Translations under genes and position numbers: made by a program
Part shown: in pieces, positions 1 through 9,608 of the stretch
Layout: each line of letters starts with the position of its first letter
Position numbering within the stretch: position 1 is the stretch's first letter
Source of the DNA: a virus
Length of the DNA stretch: 64,000 nt
Strand: one strand, 5' to 3'
IMG/VR virus record: IMGVR_UViG_3300011445_000018
Location: 1-64,000 of that record
Notes under the pieces: generated by a model
Seen by the model: the letters and a program-made list of their open reading frames with translations, nothing else
Told to the model about the DNA's origin: nothing
Database searches by the model: none

Positions 1-825
1 CAAATCAGCTGAGTTAGGATCGAGATTCAATACCCACTTCAGTGCCATCTTAAAGGCATCAAGAGTTGTGGGACAATCCTTGATAAGATTAATACCAATT
101 GCACCCTGGTCAAGTTCAGCGATAATTTCCGAGCGACCTCGGAGAATAGCGATCGGCTGAAACGATTCCTCAGGTGCATCCTTACCCTTACGCTTTGCAT
201 CACGCAGTTCCTTAATGCGTGCGTTAACAGTTGGTGCGAACTGTTGAGGAGGCATAGCGATAGCACGATCGACGAAAGCAGGCTGATCTTCGGGGGGTAG
301 CTTAGCAAGGGCATAAGCATTACTCAGCTTGATATGGCCACTATCGACGAGCTTCGCAACATCATCTGTTAGCCTTAACAGACCAAGACGTTCGCTTAAC
401 CAACTAGTGGTCTTAGCTAACTGTGTTGCCAATTCCTCACGAGAAAGCAAAGGATTGCTTTCAATGATACTCAGGATAGCTTTGCTGTATTCCACAGGTT
501 TGGTTTCAACCTTGTGAACATTAGCAATAATCTGAGCTTCTAGCAACTTTCCTTCTTCGATCTCAATAACGTGACAGGGAATGGTTTCCTTACCAGCGTC
601 CTTTGAACTGTTAAGACGTTGCAAACCATCGACCAAACCATAAATGGTTTGTCCAGCTTCGTTCCTTAGTTCGCGAACCGTTATAGGGTTCATAACACCC
701 TTCATACGGATACTTTCTACCAATCCCTGGTACGCTTCAGCCTTTCTATCTACCTTACGTAGACTTTCATCTGGTTCATAAATCTCAGAGATGTTGATAT
801 GCTTCAAAGTAGTTTCTTTAGCCAT
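1..825 (-). CDS. ParB/Spo0J-family protein (runs off the left edge; absent from the ORF track)
   Basis: Manual translation from ATG at 825: MAKETTLKHINISEIYEPDESLRKVD...LVESIRMKGVMNPITVR...YGLVDGLQRL...AQIIANVHK...SREELATQLAKTTSWLSERLGLLRL. This fits a ParB N-terminal domain followed by an HTH. Confidence 0.8.
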   Translation of the reverse strand, partial: MAKETTLKHINISEIYEPDESLRKVDRKAEAYQGLVESIRMKGVMNPITVRELRNEAGQTIYGLVDGLQRLNSSKDAGKETIPCHVIEIEEGKLLEAQIIANVHKVETKPVEYSKAILSIIESNPLLSREELATQLAKTTSWLSERLGLLRLTDDVAKLVDSGHIKLSNAYALAKLPPEDQPAFVDRAIAMPPQQFAPTVNARIKELRDAKRKGKDAPEESFQPIAILRGRSEIIAELDQGAIGINLIKDCPTTLDAFKMALKWVLNLDPNSADL

Positions 826-924
826 TTTGTCTAACCTTATGTTAAAATAAGCATCCCTAAATATTAGGTACAATGTTATTTATAACCAATGAACCTACTC
901 CCTTCATTTTGTTAACTGTTTTAA

Positions 925-1149
925 TTAACATAACAAAAAATTTGGCCGTACCATACTATACGCTGTTTCCGGCCAATTATTCACTGACCTACTTGACCAC
1001 GGCTACCATTTCCTCTCCACATAATCATTCAATGACCATTTTATTTTCATGGCTCAAGGATAGGATCATAGTCAAGTCGGTCAGTGAATAATTGACCAGA
1101 AACAGCGTATACTAGTTCACCATACCCTATCATTATTTTGTTATGTTAA
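925..1149. promoter_or_regulatory. Mirror-image divergent promoter pair / long inverted repeat between parB-like and primase genes
   Basis: Arms 957-999 and 1069-1111 match at 39/43. An outer perfect 14-bp IR lies at 925-938/1136-1149. Each arm ends in AGCG-TATA(C/G)T, a -10-like box facing outward. Confidence 0.7.
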
Positions 1150-1164
1150 ATGGAATGATTAACA

Positions 1165-3852
1165 ATGTTGAAATCAGAGGCAATAAAGAATCTTTTGCTA
1201 AAACTAACACATTCGGACCTATCAAAATTATATAATATTAACATGGAAGTGCAGGTTAATGTCGCACAAGATAATGGCTCACGTACCAGCGGAGAATATC
1301 AAGGCGTTCATTGGCACGGCTGGACAGATGGTAATGAAACATGGAAAAGCTTTCGCATACCATATAACGCAGCAACTAAGCCAGAGTACATTGATAAAGA
1401 TATAAGATTCAATTTAGCCTTACATGCGGAAGGTATAGGCTTAACGGGTTGGGATTGGTATAATAAACGATCCATGTGGGTAGCATTTGATTTCGATAGT
1501 ATTATCAGTCACAAGCAAGGTCTAACAACTCAGGAATTATTAATAATACAAGATCAGGCTGCAAAAGTACCATACTTAACAGTTCGCAAATCAACTAGTG
1601 GTAACGGTATACATTTCTATATCTTCTTCGATGAGATTATTTATACTGCTAATCATAACGAACATCAAGCCCTCGCACGAGCGGTCTTAGGACAATTGGC
1701 CGCTGAAACAGGTTACGACTTCAGTAACAGTGTAGACGTTTGCGGCGGCAACATGTGGATATGGCATCGTAAGATGTCCATTGAAAACGGTGGATTAAAA
1801 TTAATAAAACAAGGTGACATGTTACAGAAGGTGCCCATCAATTGGCGGGATCATATTAAAGTTATCACGGGTGCCAGACGTAAGAACATGCCTCAAGTAA
1901 TTGAGGAACAGAGCGATGCTGATAAAGCGTTCATGGAATTGGTCGGCCAATATGTACATGAACCATTGGACGATGCACACAAACAATTAATTGATTATCT
2001 TAAACAAACTGATGCTGTTTGGTGGTGGGATCAAGATAATTACATGCTTGTAACGCATACTGTTCACTTGAAAGATGCACATGAGGCCCTTAACTTTCGC
2101 GGTATTTTTAACACTGCTAGCAGTCATACTTCCCCTCACAATTGCTTTGCATTTCCTCTTCGCCGTGGGGGGTGGGTTGTACGACGTTTTACGCGAGGGG
2201 TTAAGGAACATGAATCTTGGGATCAAGATAGTGGTTCTGGGTGGACTCGTACTTTCTTTAACACTGATCCTACTCTTGCTACTGCTAGTAGGAACTTTTC
2301 GGGCGTAGAACATCCATCGGGCGGATATGTCTTTCGCATGTCAGAGAACGCTCAAAAGGCTTCATTAGCACTAGGTGCGGATTTAGCGTTACCACATTCA
2401 GCTTTATCAAGACCATCTAAATTAAAAACTCATAAAGATGGCAGATTAATTGTTGAAATTGAAAAGGATTCACTTGATGCTCCTAAAGACTTCATGGGCT
2501 GGTTAATGGATGGCAATAAATGGAAACGTATTTTTAACACTTATGTTGATAACAAATTAGATCAACCAGAGCAACATAGTTACGATGATCTCGTTAGACA
2601 TATCACTACAGAGGACGCTATTGATTGTGGTTGGGTTGTTAAGAGTGATGGAGTATGGGTCGAAGAACCATTAACACATGTGAAATTAGCATTGCGTTCG
2701 CTTGGTCTAGCTGATAGGGATACAAGTGCTGTCCTCGGTGATAATATATTCAAACGATGGACTATTGTTAACAAACCCTTCCAGCTTGAATATCCTGGTG
2801 ATCGTCAATGGAATAGAAACGCTTGTCAATTTAATTACATACCTAGTAAAGAAGATATTTTACATTATCCCACATGGAAGAAAATATTAACACATGTAGG
2901 AGAATCGTTAACCCCAGCACTAATTGAGTTCCCTTGGGCTAAAAATAACGGAATATTAACAGGGTATGATTATCTCAAATGCTGGATCGCTAGCGTCTTT
3001 CAACATCCACATGAACCATTACCTTATCTCTTTCTCTTCGGTCCAGAGAGCAGCGGTAAAAGTATTTTTCACGAAGCACTTAGTTTGTTAATTACTCAAG
3101 ATGGCTACGCGGACGGTAAAACATCGCTCCAGTCACAGCAAACATTTAACGGGGAATTGAAAGGCGCGATACTATGCTTCATCGAGGAGATAAATTTATC
3201 ACAGCGTAATAGCGTTGCATACACGCGTATCAAGGAATGGGTAACAGGTACGATGTTAAATGTACACCCTAAAGGGGGTACGCCCTATCTTGTTAAAAAT
3301 AGCACTCATTGGATACAGTGTGGTAATGATATTACTTTTTGTCCTATTTTCCCAGGTGATACGCGCATTACAGTTATACATGTTAGAGCTATACCAAAAG
3401 AGCATTGGGAAAACAAGAACGATCTCTTTGTTAAATTAAGAAAAGAAGCACCCGATTTCCTAGGTGAGGTATTAAAGTTAGAATTACCAAAATCCTCAGA
3501 TCGCTTGAATATTCCTGTTATTAATACCAGTGAGAAGATTTTAATACAAAAGCAGAATCAGAATGCTTTAGAGGAATTCCTCTCCGAACGATGTTTCCAT
3601 GCACCTGGATATAAGATCAAATTCTCTGACTTCTATGAACAATTCACTGAAACCTTTCTCGATCCAACAGAAGTATCTAGTTGGAACAAGCGTATGATTG
3701 GACGATCGTTACAATTACCATTTGTTAAAGGAAGGAATCCACCCGATGGTCAATACTACATAGGAAATATTTCGTTTGAAGAAGTCAAAGAAGTGCGTTT
3801 ACCTTTTACTGTTATTGATAACAAACTAGTTGCTAATGAGGATGCAAAATGA
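1165..3852 (+). CDS. Primase-helicase (AEP-like N-terminus, D5/SF3 helicase C-terminus)
   Basis: AFDFD and STSGNGIHFY primase-like motifs; Walker A LFGPESSGKS; Walker B FIEEI. Confidence 0.8.
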   Translation: MLKSEAIKNLLLKLTHSDLSKLYNINMEVQVNVAQDNGSRTSGEYQGVHWHGWTDGNETWKSFRIPYNAATKPEYIDKDIRFNLALHAEGIGLTGWDWYNKRSMWVAFDFDSIISHKQGLTTQELLIIQDQAAKVPYLTVRKSTSGNGIHFYIFFDEIIYTANHNEHQALARAVLGQLAAETGYDFSNSVDVCGGNMWIWHRKMSIENGGLKLIKQGDMLQKVPINWRDHIKVITGARRKNMPQVIEEQSDADKAFMELVGQYVHEPLDDAHKQLIDYLKQTDAVWWWDQDNYMLVTHTVHLKDAHEALNFRGIFNTASSHTSPHNCFAFPLRRGGWVVRRFTRGVKEHESWDQDSGSGWTRTFFNTDPTLATASRNFSGVEHPSGGYVFRMSENAQKASLALGADLALPHSALSRPSKLKTHKDGRLIVEIEKDSLDAPKDFMGWLMDGNKWKRIFNTYVDNKLDQPEQHSYDDLVRHITTEDAIDCGWVVKSDGVWVEEPLTHVKLALRSLGLADRDTSAVLGDNIFKRWTIVNKPFQLEYPGDRQWNRNACQFNYIPSKEDILHYPTWKKILTHVGESLTPALIEFPWAKNNGILTGYDYLKCWIASVFQHPHEPLPYLFLFGPESSGKSIFHEALSLLITQDGYADGKTSLQSQQTFNGELKGAILCFIEEINLSQRNSVAYTRIKEWVTGTMLNVHPKGGTPYLVKNSTHWIQCGNDITFCPIFPGDTRITVIHVRAIPKEHWENKNDLFVKLRKEAPDFLGEVLKLELPKSSDRLNIPVINTSEKILIQKQNQNALEEFLSERCFHAPGYKIKFSDFYEQFTETFLDPTEVSSWNKRMIGRSLQLPFVKGRNPPDGQYYIGNISFEEVKEVRLPFTVIDNKLVANEDAK

Positions 3853-4067
3853 TTCGTGTTAGTAAAAATTATTGGGTGAATATAGATCAAATGATGGATG
3901 TATGCGTAGATGAAAAGGAAATGGTTATAACTACAGTTGTGCAAGAATGTTTTATTGTTGAAGAAGAATATCTGGATTCTGTTTGTGCGGCTCTTAACAT
4001 TAACCCTTTGGATGTAAGGAAACTACTGAATGCGAATGATAAGCAGAATGAGGGTCCGTTGCTTTAG
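3849..4067 (+). CDS. Hypothetical protein
   Basis: Start overlaps the primase stop (ATGA coupling). Confidence 0.6.
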   Translation: MIRVSKNYWVNIDQMMDVCVDEKEMVITTVVQECFIVEEEYLDSVCAALNINPLDVRKLLNANDKQNEGPLL

Positions 4068-4095
4068 TATACCATTAGGATTGCAAACCCTAATA

Positions 4096-4224
4096 ATGAG
4101 TCTAACAATTAAAGGAATTGATAAATACGAAATAGTGACATATGTTCGTGATTGGTTGGATTGTCCACAGAACGATGCAATACGTGTTGTAGAAAGTGTT
4201 ATAGGAGTATGTTTTAATGATTAA
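4096..4224 (+). CDS. Small protein resembling the ribosomal L7/L12 C-terminal helix pair
   Basis: IDKYEIVTYVRDWLDCPQNDAIRVVE resembles the KI.aIK.vR....gl.eAk..VE pattern. Start chosen by inspection. Confidence 0.35.
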   Translation: MSLTIKGIDKYEIVTYVRDWLDCPQNDAIRVVESVIGVCFND

Positions 4225-4765
4225 ACAGGTATATTATGTTATAGGTATCACTTGTGCTGGCAAGGACTTTTTCATTGAAAGTGCTTTGAGAAAATACCCT
4301 GATGTTTTCGGTGCTTGTCAAGTAGGTAAAGAGTTTCGTAAAAGATATCCACCAGAATATTTTCAGGGACAAGGGGCACCTGAACACACAGAACGTGAAG
4401 CGATGGAGATTTTCAAGGGACAAATGACCGCGGCAGATGATGCTGGTAAAAAAATTGTCCTAGTGTCTGGTCAACCACGTAGACCTAGTCAAGTAGAATT
4501 ATGTTTAAATTATAAATGGGGTGAAGTAATTTGGGTACATGCGTCAGATGAGATAATATTATTAAGAATACGGGATAGATTTAGAGATGACCCAGCAGGT
4601 TATAATTTAGCAATACAACGTGTTATAAATGATAAAATTATGTATTATGATGTTTTATATGAACTAAATAAACGCAGCATGAAAATACTTACGTTTGATA
4701 CACAAAATCACTCTATTGATAATTTAATTTTCCTTTTAAAGGACAAACATGAAACACCTAAATAG
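4217..4765 (+). CDS. Nucleoside monophosphate kinase-like P-loop protein
   Basis: N-terminal VIGITCAGKD P-loop; SGQPRRPSQ resembles adenylate kinase DGFPRT..Q. Confidence 0.65.
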   Translation: MIKQVYYVIGITCAGKDFFIESALRKYPDVFGACQVGKEFRKRYPPEYFQGQGAPEHTEREAMEIFKGQMTAADDAGKKIVLVSGQPRRPSQVELCLNYKWGEVIWVHASDEIILLRIRDRFRDDPAGYNLAIQRVINDKIMYYDVLYELNKRSMKILTFDTQNHSIDNLIFLLKDKHETPK

Positions 4766-5348
4766 TAATATTCTCTGTGCAGTAGCAATTCGTACGACCG
4801 GCCCTGTACCAGGGAAACATAAATTGTTAGAAATAGCAATCATACCACTTACAGGAGATTGTAAAGTCAGTAGAGAACATATGCTTTTTAATATTCTTTT
4901 TAAGCCTGATGAATTGGATGTCAGGCGAGCGGAGTATAATTTGGATAATGATTTGGTTTTAAAATGTTTGGCCAATGGCTTTGAGTACAACGATGGGGCC
5001 GAACTATTTGAAAAATGGTTAAAGAAACTTGAACTGCGATTCTTTAAGAAAATAACAGTTTTATGCCACAATTGGGCATTCAAGAGACCATTTCTTGTAG
5101 ATTGGTTGCAACCTGCTGGCTTCGACTTAGCTTTCAATGAGGATTATCGCGACCCACAAGCTTGTGGATTATTTGTCAATGATCGCTTTGATGTTAGAAA
5201 TGAGCCATATCCATTTGCTAAAGTCAGGCTTAGTTATATGTGTGCAACGCACAAATTGGAATACGCCTCAAGACTTCCAACAGTCATTGATGAATGCGAC
5301 GCATGTATAAAGCTTTACCGTTCCCTTATACATACACAGAACTTTTAA
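4749..5348 (+). CDS. DEDDh 3'-5' exonuclease-fold protein, catalytic residues degenerate
   Basis: AVAIRTTG...LLEIAI and CHNWAFKRPFL align to D.ETTG...IIEIa and HN..FD..FL. Confidence 0.6.
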   Translation: MKHLNSNILCAVAIRTTGPVPGKHKLLEIAIIPLTGDCKVSREHMLFNILFKPDELDVRRAEYNLDNDLVLKCLANGFEYNDGAELFEKWLKKLELRFFKKITVLCHNWAFKRPFLVDWLQPAGFDLAFNEDYRDPQACGLFVNDRFDVRNEPYPFAKVRLSYMCATHKLEYASRLPTVIDECDACIKLYRSLIHTQNF

Positions 5349-6457
5349 CATGGGTTGTGCCAACTTGGTGGTGGCTCATGACATATACAATCTTCACAAG
5401 GTGGAAAATTACTAGTAACTGGATCGCTAAGTGAAAAACTTTTATTTATTTCCCAAGATGGAAAAGTAATATCGTCCTGTGTAAAAGGCTTATTAGGACT
5501 ATTTGGACTTAGGTCTGTAAAATCAGCCCCAGTTGGTTGTGCAGGAGCAATCAAATCTGCTCCAGCAGACCAGGAGCTTTTATTCATATCAGATATTATA
5601 GGAAATATTCCAGGTGACCCGCTATAGCAAGCAAAGCCTACTTTGCTTAATACTTGTGGAGTACCTATACTGTCCTCTTGTATAGGATCATCTGGAGGGC
5701 CTGGGGTAACTTGTTTACGGTATGATTGAAAACGTGCAGTACGTGAAACAAGAAAATATTCCTTCATTTCATAGCCAGGACAATATGGATGATTAAAAAC
5801 TGGTGGGACAATAAATGCACAATCACCAGTGGCTTGTGGTGTAAAAATTGCTATTGTTAATGAACTACTAAAAGTCCACTCTTCAACAATAATATGTAAT
5901 GTTGTTATGGGTGTATATTTTATAAAATTTTTAGCAATTGTGCTTGATACAGTATAAGTTGGCCTCATACCATCTAATTTAAATCTTGATGGCGCACCGG
6001 ATTCTGCTCCTGAAGCAGTAATACCAATATTAAAATTAGGACTGTACCTAGCACCACAGTTACAATTACAACCTACTGTTGGAAAAATCGCTTTTAAAGG
6101 CATCCTTAAACAATTACCCTTGACCATAAACAATTTGCCATCTTTTTCACAAATTTCTACAGCTATAATTTCATCATCATCGAATTCATGTGGTTGAAAA
6201 GTTTCTTCCGCGTTTATCACTCCGATGAAAGTATCACGGCGATTACCAAAAGAGCTATCATTCACTATTGGAAGCCAAGAACGTTCGGCCCAGCTACCAT
6301 CTATAATGCCAGCTGGGGTCATACGTAAATGGTAATCATTTGGCCCATTACGTTTTAAATAGACCAAACGAAACGGATAACCCGCCTTTATAAATTCACA
6401 AACTTGAGACAGTGTACTGGGTGTCATTAGAGCCACACTGGATTCTGCATTGTCCAC
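5345..6457 (-). CDS. Putative tail-tip/virion protein, Cys-rich segments
   Basis: Last gene of the tail operon; overlaps the upstream gene. Confidence 0.45.
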   Translation of the reverse strand: MDNAESSVALMTPSTLSQVCEFIKAGYPFRLVYLKRNGPNDYHLRMTPAGIIDGSWAERSWLPIVNDSSFGNRRDTFIGVINAEETFQPHEFDDDEIIAVEICEKDGKLFMVKGNCLRMPLKAIFPTVGCNCNCGARYSPNFNIGITASGAESGAPSRFKLDGMRPTYTVSSTIAKNFIKYTPITTLHIIVEEWTFSSSLTIAIFTPQATGDCAFIVPPVFNHPYCPGYEMKEYFLVSRTARFQSYRKQVTPGPPDDPIQEDSIGTPQVLSKVGFACYSGSPGIFPIISDMNKSSWSAGADLIAPAQPTGADFTDLSPNSPNKPFTQDDITFPSWEINKSFSLSDPVTSNFPPCEDCICHEPPPSWHNPC

Positions 6458-9036
6458 TCGAACTTATCACCATTTATTCCAGTTTGTGCAACACCGTTTA
6501 TTTTTAATGTATTATTCTTAGCAACTAAGCACCATGTATCCGGCGGTATTTCCTCGAATTCTGCCAATTGCAATTGTTTAACTATGCGTCTCAAAGGTAC
6601 ATCACTCAAACTCTTAGTATAGACATCTACATTATACAATTTCTCAGATGCTTGATTAACACTAATAATTTTACCAGGGAACACGGCCCCCACGAAACCA
6701 TCATCTGGTTGCTGGGGTTGAGCTAGATTAACACCGTAGTTATCATAACCATAAGTGTATTTCGGCTCCTCACCTAGACCGAACGTGCGAACAAAGAACT
6801 GTGGTTCAGGTTTCCTATCATCTAGATCACTTGGTGTTAATTCGCCGTAATCTCGACGCTGGTCCCTGATACCTTGGTCAATATAATTTTGAATAGTTAT
6901 CATCTTTATGAGGGCTTTTTCCTCATCCGTTAAAGCTATCGAGCCTTCAACATCGGCACCTGGACCTGCTCCACCAGCATAATCTTCTATTAAATCTTTG
7001 TTAGTAGGAAAGAATTTATCAGTTAGAACGCGGCTCGGCCAACCGAAATCATAAGGTGTCATTTCACCGAATCGGACCGGGACCCAACATGATAATTTTA
7101 ACAGATTATCATTTGTTTGATATGTCACATCTGTAATGAGGCATTTGATCGGGTGATCGGAAAGGTAGGTCTCTAGGAAATCGAACCTAATTGTATCAAA
7201 TACCTCAAGAAAAATCTTTGAGGGATATGTTTCAAAAGTGAAACGTTTCCATACATTTGCTAAACGTATTAACCAGAATGTAGCGGACTTGACAACTAAT
7301 TGTGACATATTATAAATATAAAAATCGATCTCGCGTTCACGTACCCCGTACCGTTTGATATTATAACGTAGAACTATTTTATTTGGATCATCGATCGCTA
7401 GATTACTTTTCCATGTAGCAGTGAGCTTTGTTACTAGTTCCTCTGTTTGAGTGGTCTCCAGAACAGCGGATCCAGCATCAATATCACTCTCTGTTATTGT
7501 ATCTACTTCATCCACTTCATTAGAGAGATATTTAATATAAAAGACATTATTATTAAGCCATATGGCACAGCGTGCTTGGAACGCTATTTCCTCCAACGTT
7601 GTTAAAATGTTCTTTCTACCCGGCATCATGAAATGCGATGGATAGTTATCAATTTGACCCTTAACTTGTAAAAAGCTTATTGGGTCATAGGTTAAATCAG
7701 TATACGTATTAATCAACCATATCATTATATCGATCGTATTAGGTCCAATCGAACTTTGCAATGTAACATAAATATCATCGCTCAGGCTTTCATCGCGACT
7801 GCTAGGTGGCTTACTGAATTCAATGAAAACAAATTTGTAAGGACCACTATCCACTTTCTTTATAGTATACCAAGCACTAGGTAATGTTACTAATACCTGA
7901 CCTTTTTCCGTTTCGCGGAACGCTTGAACAGAGAGCACTGTAGAATCTATAATATTACAAACATACATTATTGTCTTATTAGACAATAATGTTATAGTTG
8001 TTCCGGCCTCAACAAATGTGAAACCAAATGGCTCATTGAAATTATCATCGAACTCCGTTAATATCGTACTATTAATAGTGAACGTGTTACCATTTAATAC
8101 ACCGCCTAGTTCGACATCACCTATTCTAACTGTTATCGGTACCCCTTGTGGGAAGCCTGTTGTATCAAGAATGTTAATTGTACCATTACTATTTGACTCT
8201 TGGTCTAGTTCGATTTCCCTTAACCCAGCTAGATCACCTTCTCCTCTAGAGATCTCCGCCCCTATTTGATTCAGATAACCTTGAATTTGTAAAGCTAATG
8301 CTGCTGCTTGTTCACGTATTTCTTCTGTATCGCCAAAATCAGCAGTGAACTCCGCTTGAAGCAAAGCTAAAGCATAGATATTAAATAAAGCACTTAAATC
8401 TTCTACTTGATGCCGACCTTTAATAATAGCTTTACTTAGTGTCGGATCTTTAACACCTAGATCCTCAGCCGTTTGGGTTGTTGGTACATCTTGTAATCTC
8501 ACAGCTGGAACATTCTGCACTTTGCCAAAAACCAACGGCCAAGGAACACCGACCAAGTTATCGGGTAAAAAGGGGAAATTTCCCTCCTCAGGTGAGAAGC
8601 CCACTTCCTTATCAGCGAGCTTACTTATGACCGCAAAAGATAGCGTTCGATCACCTTCGCTCCAGCGTATTGGACTTGATATTTCGCCCTCGAATAATTT
8701 AAGTCGTTCAGTGAGCGGTAGACCAGAGAACCATTGATACAGAATCACCTTTTTACCATGAATATCTATTCTGTTAATTATATCTTTTAGTTCACCATCT
8801 GTATCATCTAACGTTACATTTATAGTTTGTGTTTGACTCTCACTATCTAATTTCACTGTTGCTTCTAAGTCAGATAGCTCTAATATTGTACCAAAGACAT
8901 TTAGTTCACCAGGAACATCTTTATCACCATAAAGCAGAAACGGACCGTTAGTAACCCATTGAATCTCTAAGAGATTCACTGGTTCAATACCTAAAGTATT
9001 GATAATATTAGCAACGGCTGGCGTAAGTATTTTCAT
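6427..9036 (-). CDS. Tail hub/central tail protein
   Basis: 869 aa, downstream of tape measure. VPWPLVFGKVQNVPA and a modular layout typical of siphophage hub proteins. Confidence 0.65.
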   Translation of the reverse strand: MKILTPAVANIINTLGIEPVNLLEIQWVTNGPFLLYGDKDVPGELNVFGTILELSDLEATVKLDSESQTQTINVTLDDTDGELKDIINRIDIHGKKVILYQWFSGLPLTERLKLFEGEISSPIRWSEGDRTLSFAVISKLADKEVGFSPEEGNFPFLPDNLVGVPWPLVFGKVQNVPAVRLQDVPTTQTAEDLGVKDPTLSKAIIKGRHQVEDLSALFNIYALALLQAEFTADFGDTEEIREQAAALALQIQGYLNQIGAEISRGEGDLAGLREIELDQESNSNGTINILDTTGFPQGVPITVRIGDVELGGVLNGNTFTINSTILTEFDDNFNEPFGFTFVEAGTTITLLSNKTIMYVCNIIDSTVLSVQAFRETEKGQVLVTLPSAWYTIKKVDSGPYKFVFIEFSKPPSSRDESLSDDIYVTLQSSIGPNTIDIMIWLINTYTDLTYDPISFLQVKGQIDNYPSHFMMPGRKNILTTLEEIAFQARCAIWLNNNVFYIKYLSNEVDEVDTITESDIDAGSAVLETTQTEELVTKLTATWKSNLAIDDPNKIVLRYNIKRYGVREREIDFYIYNMSQLVVKSATFWLIRLANVWKRFTFETYPSKIFLEVFDTIRFDFLETYLSDHPIKCLITDVTYQTNDNLLKLSCWVPVRFGEMTPYDFGWPSRVLTDKFFPTNKDLIEDYAGGAGPGADVEGSIALTDEEKALIKMITIQNYIDQGIRDQRRDYGELTPSDLDDRKPEPQFFVRTFGLGEEPKYTYGYDNYGVNLAQPQQPDDGFVGAVFPGKIISVNQASEKLYNVDVYTKSLSDVPLRRIVKQLQLAEFEEIPPDTWCLVAKNNTLKINGVAQTGINGDKFEWTMQNPVWL

Positions 9037-9353
9037 GCTTTTTTCAATTCAATATCCTTAGCCTCTGCTGCATGTTTCTCTAAAAATGTAATCTTCTCCT
9101 CGCAAGCTTTAACTAATGCTTGTGTAACCTCATCATTTGGATTGTATTGAAGGTTAACTCTTAGTGAAGTCATATATAATCTAAGTTGAAAAAGCGCTCC
9201 GCTATTAACTGAAGCATGGGTTTCTTTCCCTACCTTCTCTACTGCATCAACTTTGGTCTTTACTTTCACAGTCAAATAGCCGAAGTAGGCAATCGCAATG
9301 GTCGTTATAGCTGTTACAACCAGTTGCCAAATCTGTAAATACTCACTCATCAT
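9033..9353 (-). CDS. Small membrane protein (holin-like?)
   Basis: Single N-terminal TM segment followed by a charged tail containing ETHASVNS. Confidence 0.4.
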   Translation of the reverse strand: MMSEYLQIWQLVVTAITTIAIAYFGYLTVKVKTKVDAVEKVGKETHASVNSGALFQLRLYMTSLRVNLQYNPNDEVTQALVKACEEKITFLEKHAAEAKDIELKKA

Positions 9354-9606
9354 TCATCTCCTCCATTTCGACAATTTTACCACTTAACTCGTGTTGACAA
9401 TCACCACAGTATTCTATTTTTCCATTTCTAATGAAATAATGGCAAATAGTAGTTTGTTCAGTATAATGTCTAACAGAGGGATTCAATGTTGGATTGTTAA
9501 TATCACCATTAAAGGCCCAGCGTTCTGCTGGCACAGAATGATCGTGTTTACAACCTGGACATTTATACCTAACATAGCCGTTAGTTTCTATTTTCACTTT
9601 AGCCAT
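9343..9606 (-). CDS. DUF6527-like metal-binding protein
   Basis: CPGC..H...WAFNGD...PTLNPSV...CHYFIRNGKIEYC.D..H pattern. Confidence 0.6.
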   Translation of the reverse strand: MAKVKIETNGYVRYKCPGCKHDHSVPAERWAFNGDINNPTLNPSVRHYTEQTTICHYFIRNGKIEYCGDCQHELSGKIVEMEEMNDE

Positions 9607-9608
9607 AT

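Noticed and set aside
39-517. Track ORFs 39-320 (-) and 329-517 (+)
   Set aside because: Both overlap the longer ParB-like frame 1-825, which has clear family motifs.
1124-1151. Complete dif/Xer site
   Set aside because: Only the XerD-like arm TTATGTTAAAT matches; there is no XerC-like arm at 6-bp spacing.
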